This document shows, in pieces, positions 8,640 to 16,836 of a stretch of 64,000 bases of DNA; position 1 is the stretch's first letter, and every line of letters begins with the position of its first letter. The DNA is from an uncultured Hymenobacter sp. Its GTDB lineage: Bacteria; Bacteroidota; Bacteroidia; Cytophagales; Hymenobacteraceae. A program made the translations under genes and the position numbers. The notes under the pieces are model-generated. The model saw only the letters and a list, made by a program, of their open reading frames with translations, searched no databases and was not told where the DNA came from. Where the stretch lies: the NCBI GenBank assembly GCA_913778455.1, contig CAJYVK010000135.1, positions 10,087-74,086 of the forward strand, written 5' to 3'.

Positions 8640-10016
8640 TCACACCGGCAGCGCCGGTAGCCACACCGTGGCCGTAGTGCCCTCGCCCACCGTCGAAGCC
8701 AGCTCCAGCCGGCCGCCGTGGCGCTGCACAATGCGCTGCGTAAGAGGCAGTCCCAGCCCGTAACCGGGCCGCCCCACGGCCCCCGCCGCCCGGTACAGCG
8801 GCTCGTAAATGTGGCTCAATTCCTCGGGACTGAGCCCCGGCCCGGCGTCGATGACGCGCACGCGCAAGGTGGTCGAGTTCTCGTAAGCCAGCTCGGCGAT
8901 TACCAAGCTGGTTGAGTATTTCGCGGCGTTGTCGAGTAAGTTGAGCAGGGCCGTGGTGAGTAGTTCGGCGTTGCCGGGCAACATGAAAATGTCGCCCTCC
9001 GGCGCGTAAGGCAGGGTGCCGAAGGCCAGCCGCAGCTCGCGGCCGGTGTACTTGGCGCGGGCAAAATCCAGCGCTTGGTTCAGGCATTCATCCAGCCGCA
9101 CGGGAACGAACTCGGGCAGCGTGCCATCGGCCTTAGCCAGGGCTAATAGGCTGGCAGTGAGGCTTTGCAGGTGCCGAGCCGCGTCGAGCGAATGGGCCAA
9201 GCTCTCGCGGGCGGCGGGTAGGTTGTCGTCGTAGGCCAGGGCCGTTTCGAGGGTGCCGGTGAGGGTGGTGAGCGGCGTGCGCAACTCGTGCGAGGCGTGG
9301 GCCAGAAAGCTCTTCTGGGCCTCAAAAGCCTGCTCCAGCCCAGCCAGCATCTCGTTGAATACGCGGGCTAGCTGGGCCAGCTCGTCGCGGCCGTTGCCCT
9401 CCGACAGCCGCCGGCCCAGACTCTTGGCCGAGATGCGCCCCGCCTGCCGGCTGATGCGGGCCACCGGGGCCAGCGCCGCCCCCGCAAAGTACCACCCCGC
9501 CAAAATGGTGAGGGCCAGCGCCCCCACGTTGCCTACGAGCAGCAGTAACCCCAGCTGGTGCAGCCGAGCCCAGCCCACCTGGTCCTCGGCCGAGACAAAA
9601 ATGCCGTAGCGCTCCCCCTCGTGGATGTACGCCATGCCCACCGCCTCGCGCTGCTGGCCGGTGGCGAAGGCCGTCGCTTGGTCGGGTCGCAGGCTGGCTA
9701 GCTGCGCCCGATTCAACGTCTGGTCGATATCGTCGGCACTGCTGTAGCGCAGGTCGCCGTCGGGGCCGTAGATGCTGATCTGCTCGTTGGTGAGCGTGAG
9801 TAAGTCGCGGCGACGCAAGCTGCCGAGCTTCCCGGTTTCGAGCTTGCCGGGGCGCACCAGTAGGCGGGCCGCCAGCGTGGCGCTCGTACCCATGCGGTGC
9901 TCGAAGCGCTGCGACCGCGTGCTGGCATTGAAATAATAAATAAACGCCGAGAAGCTGACCTGAATGGCCAGCACCACCAGCGTAAAGCGCAGCATCAGTT
10001 TGTTGCGAATCAGCAT
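8640..10016 (-). CDS. Sensor histidine kinase (two TM helices, HAMP, HisKA, HATPase_c)
   Basis: H-box SHELRTPLT, N-box LLDNAAKY and G-boxes DAGPGL / GYGLGL. It lies downstream of the OmpR-type regulator. Confidence 0.9.
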   Translation of the reverse strand: MLIRNKLMLRFTLVVLAIQVSFSAFIYYFNASTRSQRFEHRMGTSATLAARLLVRPGKLETGKLGSLRRRDLLTLTNEQISIYGPDGDLRYSSADDIDQTLNRAQLASLRPDQATAFATGQQREAVGMAYIHEGERYGIFVSAEDQVGWARLHQLGLLLLVGNVGALALTILAGWYFAGAALAPVARISRQAGRISAKSLGRRLSEGNGRDELAQLARVFNEMLAGLEQAFEAQKSFLAHASHELRTPLTTLTGTLETALAYDDNLPAARESLAHSLDAARHLQSLTASLLALAKADGTLPEFVPVRLDECLNQALDFARAKYTGRELRLAFGTLPYAPEGDIFMLPGNAELLTTALLNLLDNAAKYSTSLVIAELAYENSTTLRVRVIDAGPGLSPEELSHIYEPLYRAAGAVGRPGYGLGLPLTQRIVQRHGGRLELASTVGEGTTATVWLPALPV

Positions 10017-10030
10017 CTTCTAAAAGTAGC

Positions 10031-10089
10031 GCGGACTCTGCGAGTCTGCGTTCGAGTGCTCGGTACAAGCGCGGACTCGCAGAGTCCGC
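10031..10089. repeat. Pair of REP-like palindromes (GCGGACTCTGCGAGTCTGC and GCGGACTCGCAGAGTCCGC), inverted orientation
   Basis: Fills the 81-nt spacer between the response-regulator stop and the kinase start. Same family as 6838-6936. Confidence 0.85.
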
Positions 10090-10097
10090 GCTACTGC

Positions 10098-10775
10098 TCA
10101 CTGCTCGCGCATCACGTAGCCCATGCCCACCACGGTATGAATGAGCTTGGGCGAAAAATCGCGGTCTAGCTTCTTACGCAAATAGCTTACATACACGTCG
10201 ATAACGTTGGTAGTCGTATCGAAATCCAAATCCCAGACGCGCTCGGCGATATCTACCCGCGATACGATGCGGCCCCGGTTGCGCAGCAGGTGTTCCAGCA
10301 GCGAATACTCGCGGGTGGTGAGGTCGATGCGCTGGCCGGCGCGGGTCACGGTTTTGGCGTCGAGGTCGAGGACGAGGTCGGCCATGCGCAGCTCGCGGCG
10401 CTCGCCGTTGGCTACGGCGTAGCGCTGGGTGAGGGCGCGGGCGCGCATGAGCAGCTCCCGAAATTCAAAGGGCTTTACCAGGTAGTCGTCGGCCCCGGCC
10501 GCGAAGCCGGCCTCTTTGTCGTCGAGGCTGTCGAGGGCCGTGAGCAGCAGCACCGGCACCCGCTGGCTACCTTCCCGAATGCGGCGGCACAGCTCCACGC
10601 CGTTCAAATAAGGCAGGTTGACGTCGAGGATAACGAGGTCGTAGGGTTGCTGCTCATAGAGCGACCAGCCGGTGCGCCCGTCGTAGGCCACGGTCACGTC
10701 GTAGCCCTCGTGCTCGAAGCCTTTCTTCACGAACGAGGCCAGCGGCGGCTCATCTTCAACCAGCAAGATTTTCAT
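10098..10775 (-). CDS. OmpR/PhoB-family response regulator
   Basis: MKILLVEDEPPLA..., receiver Asp in VILDVNLP, C-terminal winged-helix (trans_reg_C) domain. Confidence 0.95.
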   Translation of the reverse strand: MKILLVEDEPPLASFVKKGFEHEGYDVTVAYDGRTGWSLYEQQPYDLVILDVNLPYLNGVELCRRIREGSQRVPVLLLTALDSLDDKEAGFAAGADDYLVKPFEFRELLMRARALTQRYAVANGERRELRMADLVLDLDAKTVTRAGQRIDLTTREYSLLEHLLRNRGRIVSRVDIAERVWDLDFDTTTNVIDVYVSYLRKKLDRDFSPKLIHTVVGMGYVMREQ

Positions 10776-10850
10776 AAGTGCGACGGACTTCCCCGCTATA
10801 CGGTCTCAACCAAAACAAGCTGCTCTACCCCGAGGTAAAGCAGCTTGTAG

Positions 10851-10914
10851 AACGGAGGGGCACTCCGTTTGGCACGAGGGAACACTCTGGTTAGAAACGG
10901 AGTGCCCCTCCGTT
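10851..10914. repeat. Pair of small palindromes AACGGAGGGGCACTCCGTT / AACGGAGTGCCCCTCCGTT in inverted orientation
   Basis: Seen directly. The pair lies immediately 3' of the DinB-family gene stop and could also fold as one long hairpin. It probably acts as a terminator together with hairpin 10814-10849. Confidence 0.7.
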
Positions 10915-11406
10915 TTACATCTGCGGCTGCACCTGGCCGCTCATCTCGCGGCAGTAGGTGATGAAGTCGGTGTTGACGGGCTCCAGGCCGCCTTCGCGCA
11001 TCTTCACGGCCACCTGGCCCCGGTGGTAGCTGGCGTGCACCACGCAGTGCGTCAAGATGTCGCTCACCTGCGAGTCGAAGGCATCGCCTTGCGAATTAGA
11101 ATACTGAATGTGGCGGTGCAGCTCGGGGTCGTCGGCATTGGCGCAGAGCTCGGCAAACTTCTGCGAGGTTTGCTCGTGCCAGTGGTGCAGGCCCGCGAGG
11201 TCGTGCTCCTGCCACACTTTGAGCGGGCTGGCCGTACCGCCAAGGCGGGCAATCCAGATTGCCTGGGCATTGATAACGTGGCTGAAAATGCGCAGCGCCG
11301 CCTGCGGCAATTCCTTACCGGCCGCCGCCGATGAGTCGAGGCGGCGCAGCAGCGTTTCGTTGGCCCATACGTTGAAAACGCCGAGCTTGGCGATGGTATT
11401 AACCAT
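10915..11406 (-). CDS. DinB-family (DinB_2 / four-helix-bundle metal-binding) protein
   Basis: 163 aa with VWANETLL, HVINAQAIW and HASYHRGQV motifs typical of the DinB superfamily. Confidence 0.8.
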   Translation of the reverse strand: MVNTIAKLGVFNVWANETLLRRLDSSAAAGKELPQAALRIFSHVINAQAIWIARLGGTASPLKVWQEHDLAGLHHWHEQTSQKFAELCANADDPELHRHIQYSNSQGDAFDSQVSDILTHCVVHASYHRGQVAVKMREGGLEPVNTDFITYCREMSGQVQPQM

Positions 11407-11535
11407 GAGTGAGTTATGAGTTAGAAGTTAGAAGTTATGAGGGGAGAAAGCCTGCTCACAAATCAAAGCTACGGCTGGCCTGCGCCGTAGTACCGCAGTC
11501 ATCAACTCATAACTTCTAACTCATAACTCATAACT
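11407..11535. repeat. About 30-bp inverted repeat of GAGTTATGAG/GTTAGAA units flanking a 60-nt spacer
   Basis: Left arm 11407-11442 is GAGTGAGTTATGAGTTAGAAGTTAGAAGTTATGAGG. Right arm 11506-11535 is CTCATAACTTCTAACTCATAACTCATAACT. The left arm abuts the dinB-like start codon. A related tract lies at 17995-18038. Confidence 0.8.
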
Positions 11536-11540
11536 TGCTA

Positions 11541-12002
11541 TCAACGTGGATCTTGCCACACGAGCTGCTCGTTGGTGCGGCGTTTGGCGAAGTTGCCGCA
11601 CTTGCCGTCGCCCTTGCCGGTGATGCCGCCCTCGGGGTGGCAGAGAATTTTGCCCTCCGCGTCATACAGGGTAGACTGCTGGTCGCAGCACGGGGCCGAC
11701 TCGTAGTACACGGTTTCCCCCTCAAACTGGTAGCGCGAGATGCGAATGACGGGATTGCGCTTGCGGGTGGCCAGGATACCCTGAATGCGGTTTTGCAGCC
11801 ACTGCGGCCGGGCGGCGCTGTCGAGGCGCATGTCGCGGGCGGGCACGGCATCAACGGTATTGGCGCTGGTGGGCGCAGGAGTGTTGGGCTGACTGACAAA
11901 GCCTTCGGCGGGGGGCGTAGTTGGGGTATTCACCACTACGTCTTGCTGGCACGCGCCGAGCAGCAGGGCCAGCACAGCAAAGGGGATAAACGAACGGCGC
12001 AT
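11541..12002 (-). CDS. Hypothetical lipoprotein (153 aa)
   Basis: Signal/lipobox MRRSFIPFAVLALLLGAC. Cys-rich C-terminal part (CCDQQ...CHPEGG...KCGNF). No family assigned. Confidence 0.6.
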   Translation of the reverse strand: MRRSFIPFAVLALLLGACQQDVVVNTPTTPPAEGFVSQPNTPAPTSANTVDAVPARDMRLDSAARPQWLQNRIQGILATRKRNPVIRISRYQFEGETVYYESAPCCDQQSTLYDAEGKILCHPEGGITGKGDGKCGNFAKRRTNEQLVWQDPR

Positions 12003-12063
12003 ACGAATAAGCGATAGAAAGGCGAGGGTAAATAGCCTTGCTTACGCCAATCAGGCCCAATGG

Positions 12064-12468
12064 TTAGCGCGGCCACAAGGCCCATATTTTGGGACCAAAG
12101 ACCAGTGCCCCCACGGCCAGTGCCCCCAGCGCGGCCAGCAGTACGGCTCCGGCCGCCACGTCCTTGGTGCGGCCGGCCAGCGGGTGATAGTCGGGCGATA
12201 CGAGGTTGGTGAGGGCCTCAATGGCTGTGTTGAACAGCTCGGCGGCCCACACGCCAGCCACGGCCAGCGCCACCAAGGCCCATTCGACAATGGTCAGTCG
12301 GAAATACAATCCCAGGCTCAGCACGACCGCCGTAGCTACGGCGTGAAACTGCAAGTGCACTTCCGAGCGCAACGCCGCGCCCACGCCCCGAAACGCGTGC
12401 CCGAAACTAGCCGCGCGGCGGCGCAGCAGGCCCGGCCGACCGGCCGGCCGGGGGCTAGCTACGGACAT
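12064..12468 (-). CDS. dgkA: Diacylglycerol kinase (DgkA/DAGK_prokar family) membrane protein
   Basis: Motifs FRSEVHLQFH and AAELFNTAIEALTNLVSPDYHPLAGRTKDVAAGAV, three TM helices. The ATG at 12468 is preferred over the TTG at 12480. Confidence 0.75.
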   Translation of the reverse strand: MSVASPRPAGRPGLLRRRAASFGHAFRGVGAALRSEVHLQFHAVATAVVLSLGLYFRLTIVEWALVALAVAGVWAAELFNTAIEALTNLVSPDYHPLAGRTKDVAAGAVLLAALGALAVGALVFGPKIWALWPR

Positions 12469-13048
12469 CGAACTCGGCAAAGGTAGTGCGGCGCAGCTCG
12501 GGCCACTCGGGGCGAATGATGCTGAAAATCAACGTGTCGCGGCGGATGCCGCCTTGCGTGGGACGGTGGCTACGCAGGGTGCCTTCCTCGGTGGCACCCA
12601 TGCGGCGCATGGCCGTTTGCGACCGGTGGTTGCGGCTGTCGGTTTCCAGCTCTACCCGCTCGTAGCCCAGCTGGTCGAAGGCGTGGGCGAGCAGCAGGTG
12701 CTTGGCGGCGCGGTTGAGGCCGGTGCGCTGAAAATCAGTGCCCACCCAAGTGTAGCCAATGCTGAGCTTCTGGTTGTTGGGCTCGATATTGTAGTAGCTG
12801 GTACTGCCCGCCAGTCGCCCGCTGGCCCGGTCGATAATGACAAACGGGTAGCGCTTGCCGGCCTGGCGGTCGTGCACGGCCTGGGCCAGGTAGTCGGCCA
12901 AGCTCAGCGCATCGTCGGCGCGGGTGATGGTAAACTCCCAGATGGTAGGGTCGAAGGCAATGGCCTTTAGCTCCTCAAAATCGGCGGTATCGAGCGGGCG
13001 CAGGCGCACCCGACTATTTTCCAGAACGAGGTTTTGGGCAAAATCCAT
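12455..13048 (-). CDS. GNAT-family N-acetyltransferase (RimJ/RimL-like)
   Basis: ATG at 13048 (MDFAQNLVLENSRVRLRPLDTADFEEL). It has the acetyl-CoA binding region QRTGLNRAAKHLLLAHAF. The ORF-track start at 13108 is an extension. Confidence 0.85.
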   Translation of the reverse strand: MDFAQNLVLENSRVRLRPLDTADFEELKAIAFDPTIWEFTITRADDALSLADYLAQAVHDRQAGKRYPFVIIDRASGRLAGSTSYYNIEPNNQKLSIGYTWVGTDFQRTGLNRAAKHLLLAHAFDQLGYERVELETDSRNHRSQTAMRRMGATEEGTLRSHRPTQGGIRRDTLIFSIIRPEWPELRRTTFAEFDVRS

Positions 13049-13147
13049 AGCGCAGTGGGCAGGGTGGTAGGCCGCAAAGATGCAAAAAAACCAAAAGCCG
13101 CCCGACACCAGGTCCAGCGGCTTTGAATTCTGGATAAAGTGCCAGAG

Positions 13148-13333
13148 CTAAAACGCGTACGTGTAGCCGGGGATGCTGACGGGATTGAGCCGGTAATACT
13201 CGCTGCCATCTGGGCCGATAAAATCCAGTTCGGCTTCGCCCGGCGCGAAAACTGGTCGTGCGGCCTTTCGGGTCTCCCGCGCAGCTTGGCGCAGATCGAT
13301 TTTCTTAGAACGTTTCCCGGAAAATGTCTTCAT
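13148..13333 (-). CDS. Hypothetical small protein (61 aa), basic N-terminus
   Basis: ATG start overlapping the end of the upstream 143-aa gene by 29 nt. No recognisable family. Its coding status is uncertain. Confidence 0.25.
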   Translation of the reverse strand: MKTFSGKRSKKIDLRQAARETRKAARPVFAPGEAELDFIGPDGSEYYRLNPVSIPGYTYAF

Positions 13334-13736
13334 AATGCGCGATGGTTTGCTGCTTGTGTGGCGGATTATCTGCTACTGCGCTGGGCAGCACGAAGATAGT
13401 ACTGTTTTCTGGCTTAGTAATTACGGTGAAACGTTGCGGGTTGATTTTCAATTCCAGCATTTTGGTGTACAAGCGAAAGCGCTTAGTGCTCTCGTCAACT
13501 GTTTCGTCGAGCATAGCCGCTGCGATAAAGCCAAAACGTGCCTGTGAATCTTGCCGCAGTACTTCGGCAATAATGGCCAGCACCGTACCACCGAGCTTGC
13601 CCGCCGCGTGCTGATTCGTACGCAGCCGGTAGCGATACACGCTCTTAATCTTGGCGTAAAAATCGACCGTGTATAAGTGGTCGGGGTACTCCCGCACTTC
13701 CACCAAGTACTTGCGCCGCGAACTCGGCGAGTGCAT
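13305..13736 (-). CDS. Hypothetical protein (143 aa) in a visibly AT-richer islet
   Basis: Clean ATG ORF with a non-repetitive protein-like sequence (EVREYPDHLYTVDFYAKIKSVYRYRL...). No family recognised. Confidence 0.5.
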   Translation of the reverse strand: MHSPSSRRKYLVEVREYPDHLYTVDFYAKIKSVYRYRLRTNQHAAGKLGGTVLAIIAEVLRQDSQARFGFIAAAMLDETVDESTKRFRLYTKMLELKINPQRFTVITKPENSTIFVLPSAVADNPPHKQQTIAHYEDIFRETF

Positions 13737-13864
13737 AAAGAATTTGTATATCGACTCTGAGAGCCAGCTTGCTCGCCCCGCGGTGTGGTTGCGATTGCGC
13801 TACACGAGGCGATAGGGAAGGATGGTATTAAACACGCACTGATTACTAACTGGTAATCAAAGAT

Positions 13865-13906
13865 AACGGGCATCCCGCTGACGCATTGGCCAGCCGGATG
13901 CCCGTT
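13865..13906 (-). terminator. Candidate terminator hairpin downstream of fumC
   Basis: AACGGGCATCC...GGATGCCCGTT stem 28 nt after the fumC stop. The T-tract on the minus strand is weak. Confidence 0.4.
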
Positions 13907-13933
13907 GGTAAAATAGCAGTGCGTGGCTAGGGG

Positions 13934-15340
13934 TTAGCCCACGTTAATCTCCCCCACCATGTCCTCGGGCTTCAGCCATTGGTCGAATTGCTCGGGCGTG
14001 ACGTAGCCGAGCTGCACGGCAGTCTCCTTCAGAGTCGAGTGGTTTTTGTGGGCCGTCTGGGCGATTTCGGCGGCTTTGTAGTAGCCGATATGCGGGTTGA
14101 GGGCCGTCACCAGCATCAGCGACGAATCGACGTGCTTCTTGATGTTGGGCAGGATGGGCTCGATGCCCACGGCGCACTTATCGTTGAAGGCCACGCACAC
14201 GTCGCCGATGAGGCGGGCCGAGTGCAGGAAGTTGTAGATCATAACGGGCTTGAACACGTTCAGCTCGAAATGGCCCAGGCTGCCGCCCACCGTGATGGCT
14301 ACGTCGTTGCCCATTACCTGCGCCGCGACCATCGTCATGGCCTCGCACTGGGTGGGGTTTACCTTGCCGGGCATGATGCTGGAGCCGGGCTCGTTGTCGG
14401 GGATGTGCAGCTCGCCGATGCCGGCGCGGGGACCGCTGCTGAGCATCCGGATGTCGTTGGCGATTTTCATGAGGCTCACCGCCACGGTTTTGAGTGCGCC
14501 GTGGGCTTCTACGATGGCGTCGTGGGCGGCCAGGGCCTCAAACTTATTTTCGGCCGTCACGAAGGGCAGGCCGGTGAGCTCAGCGATGTGCTTGGCCACG
14601 TTTTCGGAGTAGCCGGCGGGCGTGTTGATGCCGGTGCCCACGGCGGTGCCGCCCAGCGCCAGCTCGCTCAGGTGAGCCAGCGTATTCTTGATGGCCCGCA
14701 GACCGTGGTCGAGCTGCGAGACGTAGCCCGAAAACTCTTGGCCCAGCGTCAGCGGCGTGGCATCCATGAAGTGGGTACGGCCGATTTTAACGATGTCCTT
14801 GAACTCGACGGCTTTCTTCTTCAGCGTGTCGCGCAGCTTCTCAATGCCCGGTACGGTGGTCTCAACCAGGATTTTGTAGGCCGCGATATGCATGGCCGTG
14901 GGGAAGGTATCGTTGCTCGACTGCGATTTGTTTACGTCGTCGTTGGGCGCCAGAAATTTCTTCTCGTCGCTCAGCAAGCCGCCGTGCAGCACGTGACCGC
15001 GGTAGGCGATTACCTCGTTCACGTTCATGTTGCTCTGCGTGCCCGAGCCGGTTTGCCACACCACCAGCGGAAATTGATCGGCCAGCTTGCCTTCCAGGAT
15101 CTCGTCGGCCACGCGACCGATGAGCGCGGCTTTCTCGGCGTCGAGTACGCCTGCATCGCGGTTGGTGAAGGCCGCGGCTTTCTTGAGGTAAGCAAAAGCC
15201 TTAATGATTTCCTTCGGCATCTTGTTGATGTCCTGCGCAATCGGGAAGTTCTCGATGCTGCGCTGGGTTTGGGCGCCCCAGTAGGCGTCGGCGGGCACTT
15301 GCACCTGGCCCATGGTATCTTTTTCGGTGCGGAAGCTCAT
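13934..15340 (-). CDS. fumC: Class II fumarate hydratase
   Basis: 468 aa with the fumarate-lyase signature [17 protein letters not shown]. Full-length match to FumC. Confidence 0.97.
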   Translation of the reverse strand: MSFRTEKDTMGQVQVPADAYWGAQTQRSIENFPIAQDINKMPKEIIKAFAYLKKAAAFTNRDAGVLDAEKAALIGRVADEILEGKLADQFPLVVWQTGSGTQSNMNVNEVIAYRGHVLHGGLLSDEKKFLAPNDDVNKSQSSNDTFPTAMHIAAYKILVETTVPGIEKLRDTLKKKAVEFKDIVKIGRTHFMDATPLTLGQEFSGYVSQLDHGLRAIKNTLAHLSELALGGTAVGTGINTPAGYSENVAKHIAELTGLPFVTAENKFEALAAHDAIVEAHGALKTVAVSLMKIANDIRMLSSGPRAGIGELHIPDNEPGSSIMPGKVNPTQCEAMTMVAAQVMGNDVAITVGGSLGHFELNVFKPVMIYNFLHSARLIGDVCVAFNDKCAVGIEPILPNIKKHVDSSLMLVTALNPHIGYYKAAEIAQTAHKNHSTLKETAVQLGYVTPEQFDQWLKPEDMVGEINVG

Positions 15341-15342
15341 TC

Positions 15343-15507
15343 GGGTGAGGAGGTAAGGGAGTGAGGAGGTGATGGGGTGAGGAGGCTAGCACCAGCCAGC
15401 ACGCCCACAAAAGTACGGCCTTATCCCAGTGGCAGGCAGCCATTGTTGCTTCTAGCCCGTAAGCCTTCGCACCTCTTTACTTCCTCACCCCCTTACCTCT
15501 TTACCCC
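15343..15507. repeat. Inverted purine/pyrimidine repeat tracts (GGTGAGGAGG units at 15343-15385; complementary CCTCAC/CCTTACCTC units at 15470-15507)
   Basis: Each tract abuts a start codon of the divergent genes (fumC at 15340, small ORF at 15508). Each is G-free on the respective coding strand. Confidence 0.7.
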
Positions 15508-15672
15508 ATGAATACCCCCGATCCGCACACCGAGCCGCCCGTACCCACTGAAGGCAACGGTGCCCCCGACTACAGCCACGTCGAAGTAAAAACCGAAACC
15601 GACCTGCCCACGCCCGACAAAGCTGGTGGCAGCGCTACCGAGCCCGAGAGCGGGGGCGGGTACAGCGGGTAG
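15508..15672 (+). CDS. Hypothetical small acidic Pro/Thr/Glu-rich protein (54 aa)
   Basis: My own translation gives MNTPDPHTEPPVPTEGNGAPDYSHVEVKTETDLPTPDKAGGSATEPESGGGYSG. It is below the ORF-track length cut-off. It has a leader like other genes here and is followed by a large hairpin. Confidence 0.25.
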   Translation: MNTPDPHTEPPVPTEGNGAPDYSHVEVKTETDLPTPDKAGGSATEPESGGGYSG

Positions 15673-15674
15673 CG

Positions 15675-15777
15675 TTTTTTTCACCGCGGAGGGCGCGGAA
15701 GAGTTCGCGGAGGAACGCGGAAGAAAAGCCTCCGCGCCCGTCCGCGAGCTCTTCCGCGCCCTCCGCGGTGAAAAAAA
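15675..15777. repeat. Perfect 29-bp inverted repeat (TTTTTTTCACCGCGGAGGGCGCGGAAGAG ... CTCTTCCGCGCCCTCCGCGGTGAAAAAAA) with a 45-nt spacer
   Basis: Arms at 15675-15703 and 15749-15777. The T-run and A-run at the ends would make a bidirectional terminator. The spacer contains further CGCGGA-type repeats. Confidence 0.85.
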
Positions 15778-15792
15778 TACTAGCTTAGCGGC

Positions 15793-16833
15793 ATGGTCCT
15801 TTCCCGCTACCTCCTGCTCCTAGCCGCCGCCCTACCTGCTTGTCAGCCAGCAATTCCCACGGTTCCGAAGGCTACCTCTTACTTCCCCGCCCCCGAGACG
15901 GGCGTAAAAACCGGCGGTATCCAGGTAATTCCCATTACCACCCCCAAGGGTAAGTTCAATGTCTGGACCAAGCGCTTCGGCAACAACCCGCGCATCAAGG
16001 TGCTGCTGCTCAACGGGGGGCCGGGGGCCACGCACGAGTACTTCGAGTGCATGGAAAGCTTTCTGCCGCAGGAGGGCATTGAGTTTATTTACTACGATCA
16101 GCTGGGCTGCGGCAACTCCGACAACCCCCGCGATACCAGCATGTGGAGCCTGCCCCGCTACGTGGAGGAAGTCGAGCAAGTGCGGCAGGCGCTTAAGCTC
16201 GACAAGGATAATTTCTACCTGCTGGGCCACTCTTGGGGCGGTATCCTGGCTGCTGAATACGCTTTCAAGTACCAGCAGCACCTCAAGGGCCTCATTATCT
16301 CCAACATGATGATGAGCTGCCCCGCCTACGGCCGCTACGCCGACGAAGTGCTAGCCAAGCAGATGAAGCCCGAAGTGCTCCGGGAAATCCGGCAGATTGA
16401 GGCTAAAAAGGACTTCGGCAACCCCCGCTACATGGGCTTGCTGGAGCCCAATTTCTATGCCCAGCACCTGTGCCGCATTGTCCCCAATCCCGAGCCGATA
16501 ACCCGCTCGATGGGCAAGCTAAACCAGTCGCTTTACGTGACTATGCAGGGTCCGAGCGAGTTTGGTATTTCGGGTAAGCTCACCACTTGGGACCGCACCA
16601 AGGACCTGCCCAAGCTCACCATCCCGGTTCTCAGCATTGGCGGCAAGTACGATACCATGGACCCCGCCCACATGGCCTGGATTGCCACCCAGGTTAAGCA
16701 AGGCGCGGCGCTCATCTGCCCCCAGGGCAGCCACATGGCCATGTACGACGACCAGCAAGCCTACATGACTGGCTTCGTCAATTTCCTGAAAACCGTGGAC
16801 GACGGCTCTTTCAAAGCGGGTGCTAAGCTGTAG
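15793..16833 (+). CDS. Proline iminopeptidase-family alpha/beta hydrolase, lipoprotein
   Basis: Lipobox LLLAAALPAC, nucleophile elbow GHSWGG, full-length similarity to the prolyl aminopeptidase family. Confidence 0.85.
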   Translation: MVLSRYLLLLAAALPACQPAIPTVPKATSYFPAPETGVKTGGIQVIPITTPKGKFNVWTKRFGNNPRIKVLLLNGGPGATHEYFECMESFLPQEGIEFIYYDQLGCGNSDNPRDTSMWSLPRYVEEVEQVRQALKLDKDNFYLLGHSWGGILAAEYAFKYQQHLKGLIISNMMMSCPAYGRYADEVLAKQMKPEVLREIRQIEAKKDFGNPRYMGLLEPNFYAQHLCRIVPNPEPITRSMGKLNQSLYVTMQGPSEFGISGKLTTWDRTKDLPKLTIPVLSIGGKYDTMDPAHMAWIATQVKQGAALICPQGSHMAMYDDQQAYMTGFVNFLKTVDDGSFKAGAKL

Positions 16834-16836
16834 CCG

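Noticed and set aside
8458-10101. Alternate-frame ORFs 8458-9087 and 9322-10101 within the histidine kinase region
   Set aside because: The kinase frame (8640-10016) carries the H, N and G boxes. The alternates are Arg/Ala/Gly/Pro-rich and overlap it entirely.
13979-15364. 461-aa plus-strand ORF antisense to fumC. Similar long antisense or alternate-frame ORFs include 25073-26299, 34306-35514, 49066-50307, 42027-43091, 61375-62688, 20926-21792, 50920-51666 and 26504-27298.
   Set aside because: All lie opposite or out of frame to genes with unmistakable family signatures. Their products are Arg/Gly/Ala/His-rich low-complexity sequences typical of stop-poor frames in G+C-rich DNA.
15364-15385. 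Three perfect AGGAGG Shine-Dalgarno-like motifs on the plus strand, one followed by ATG GGG TGA
   Set aside because: They are the complement of the G-free fumC leader repeats. The only downstream ORF is two codons long, and the other genes in the window show no SD usage.
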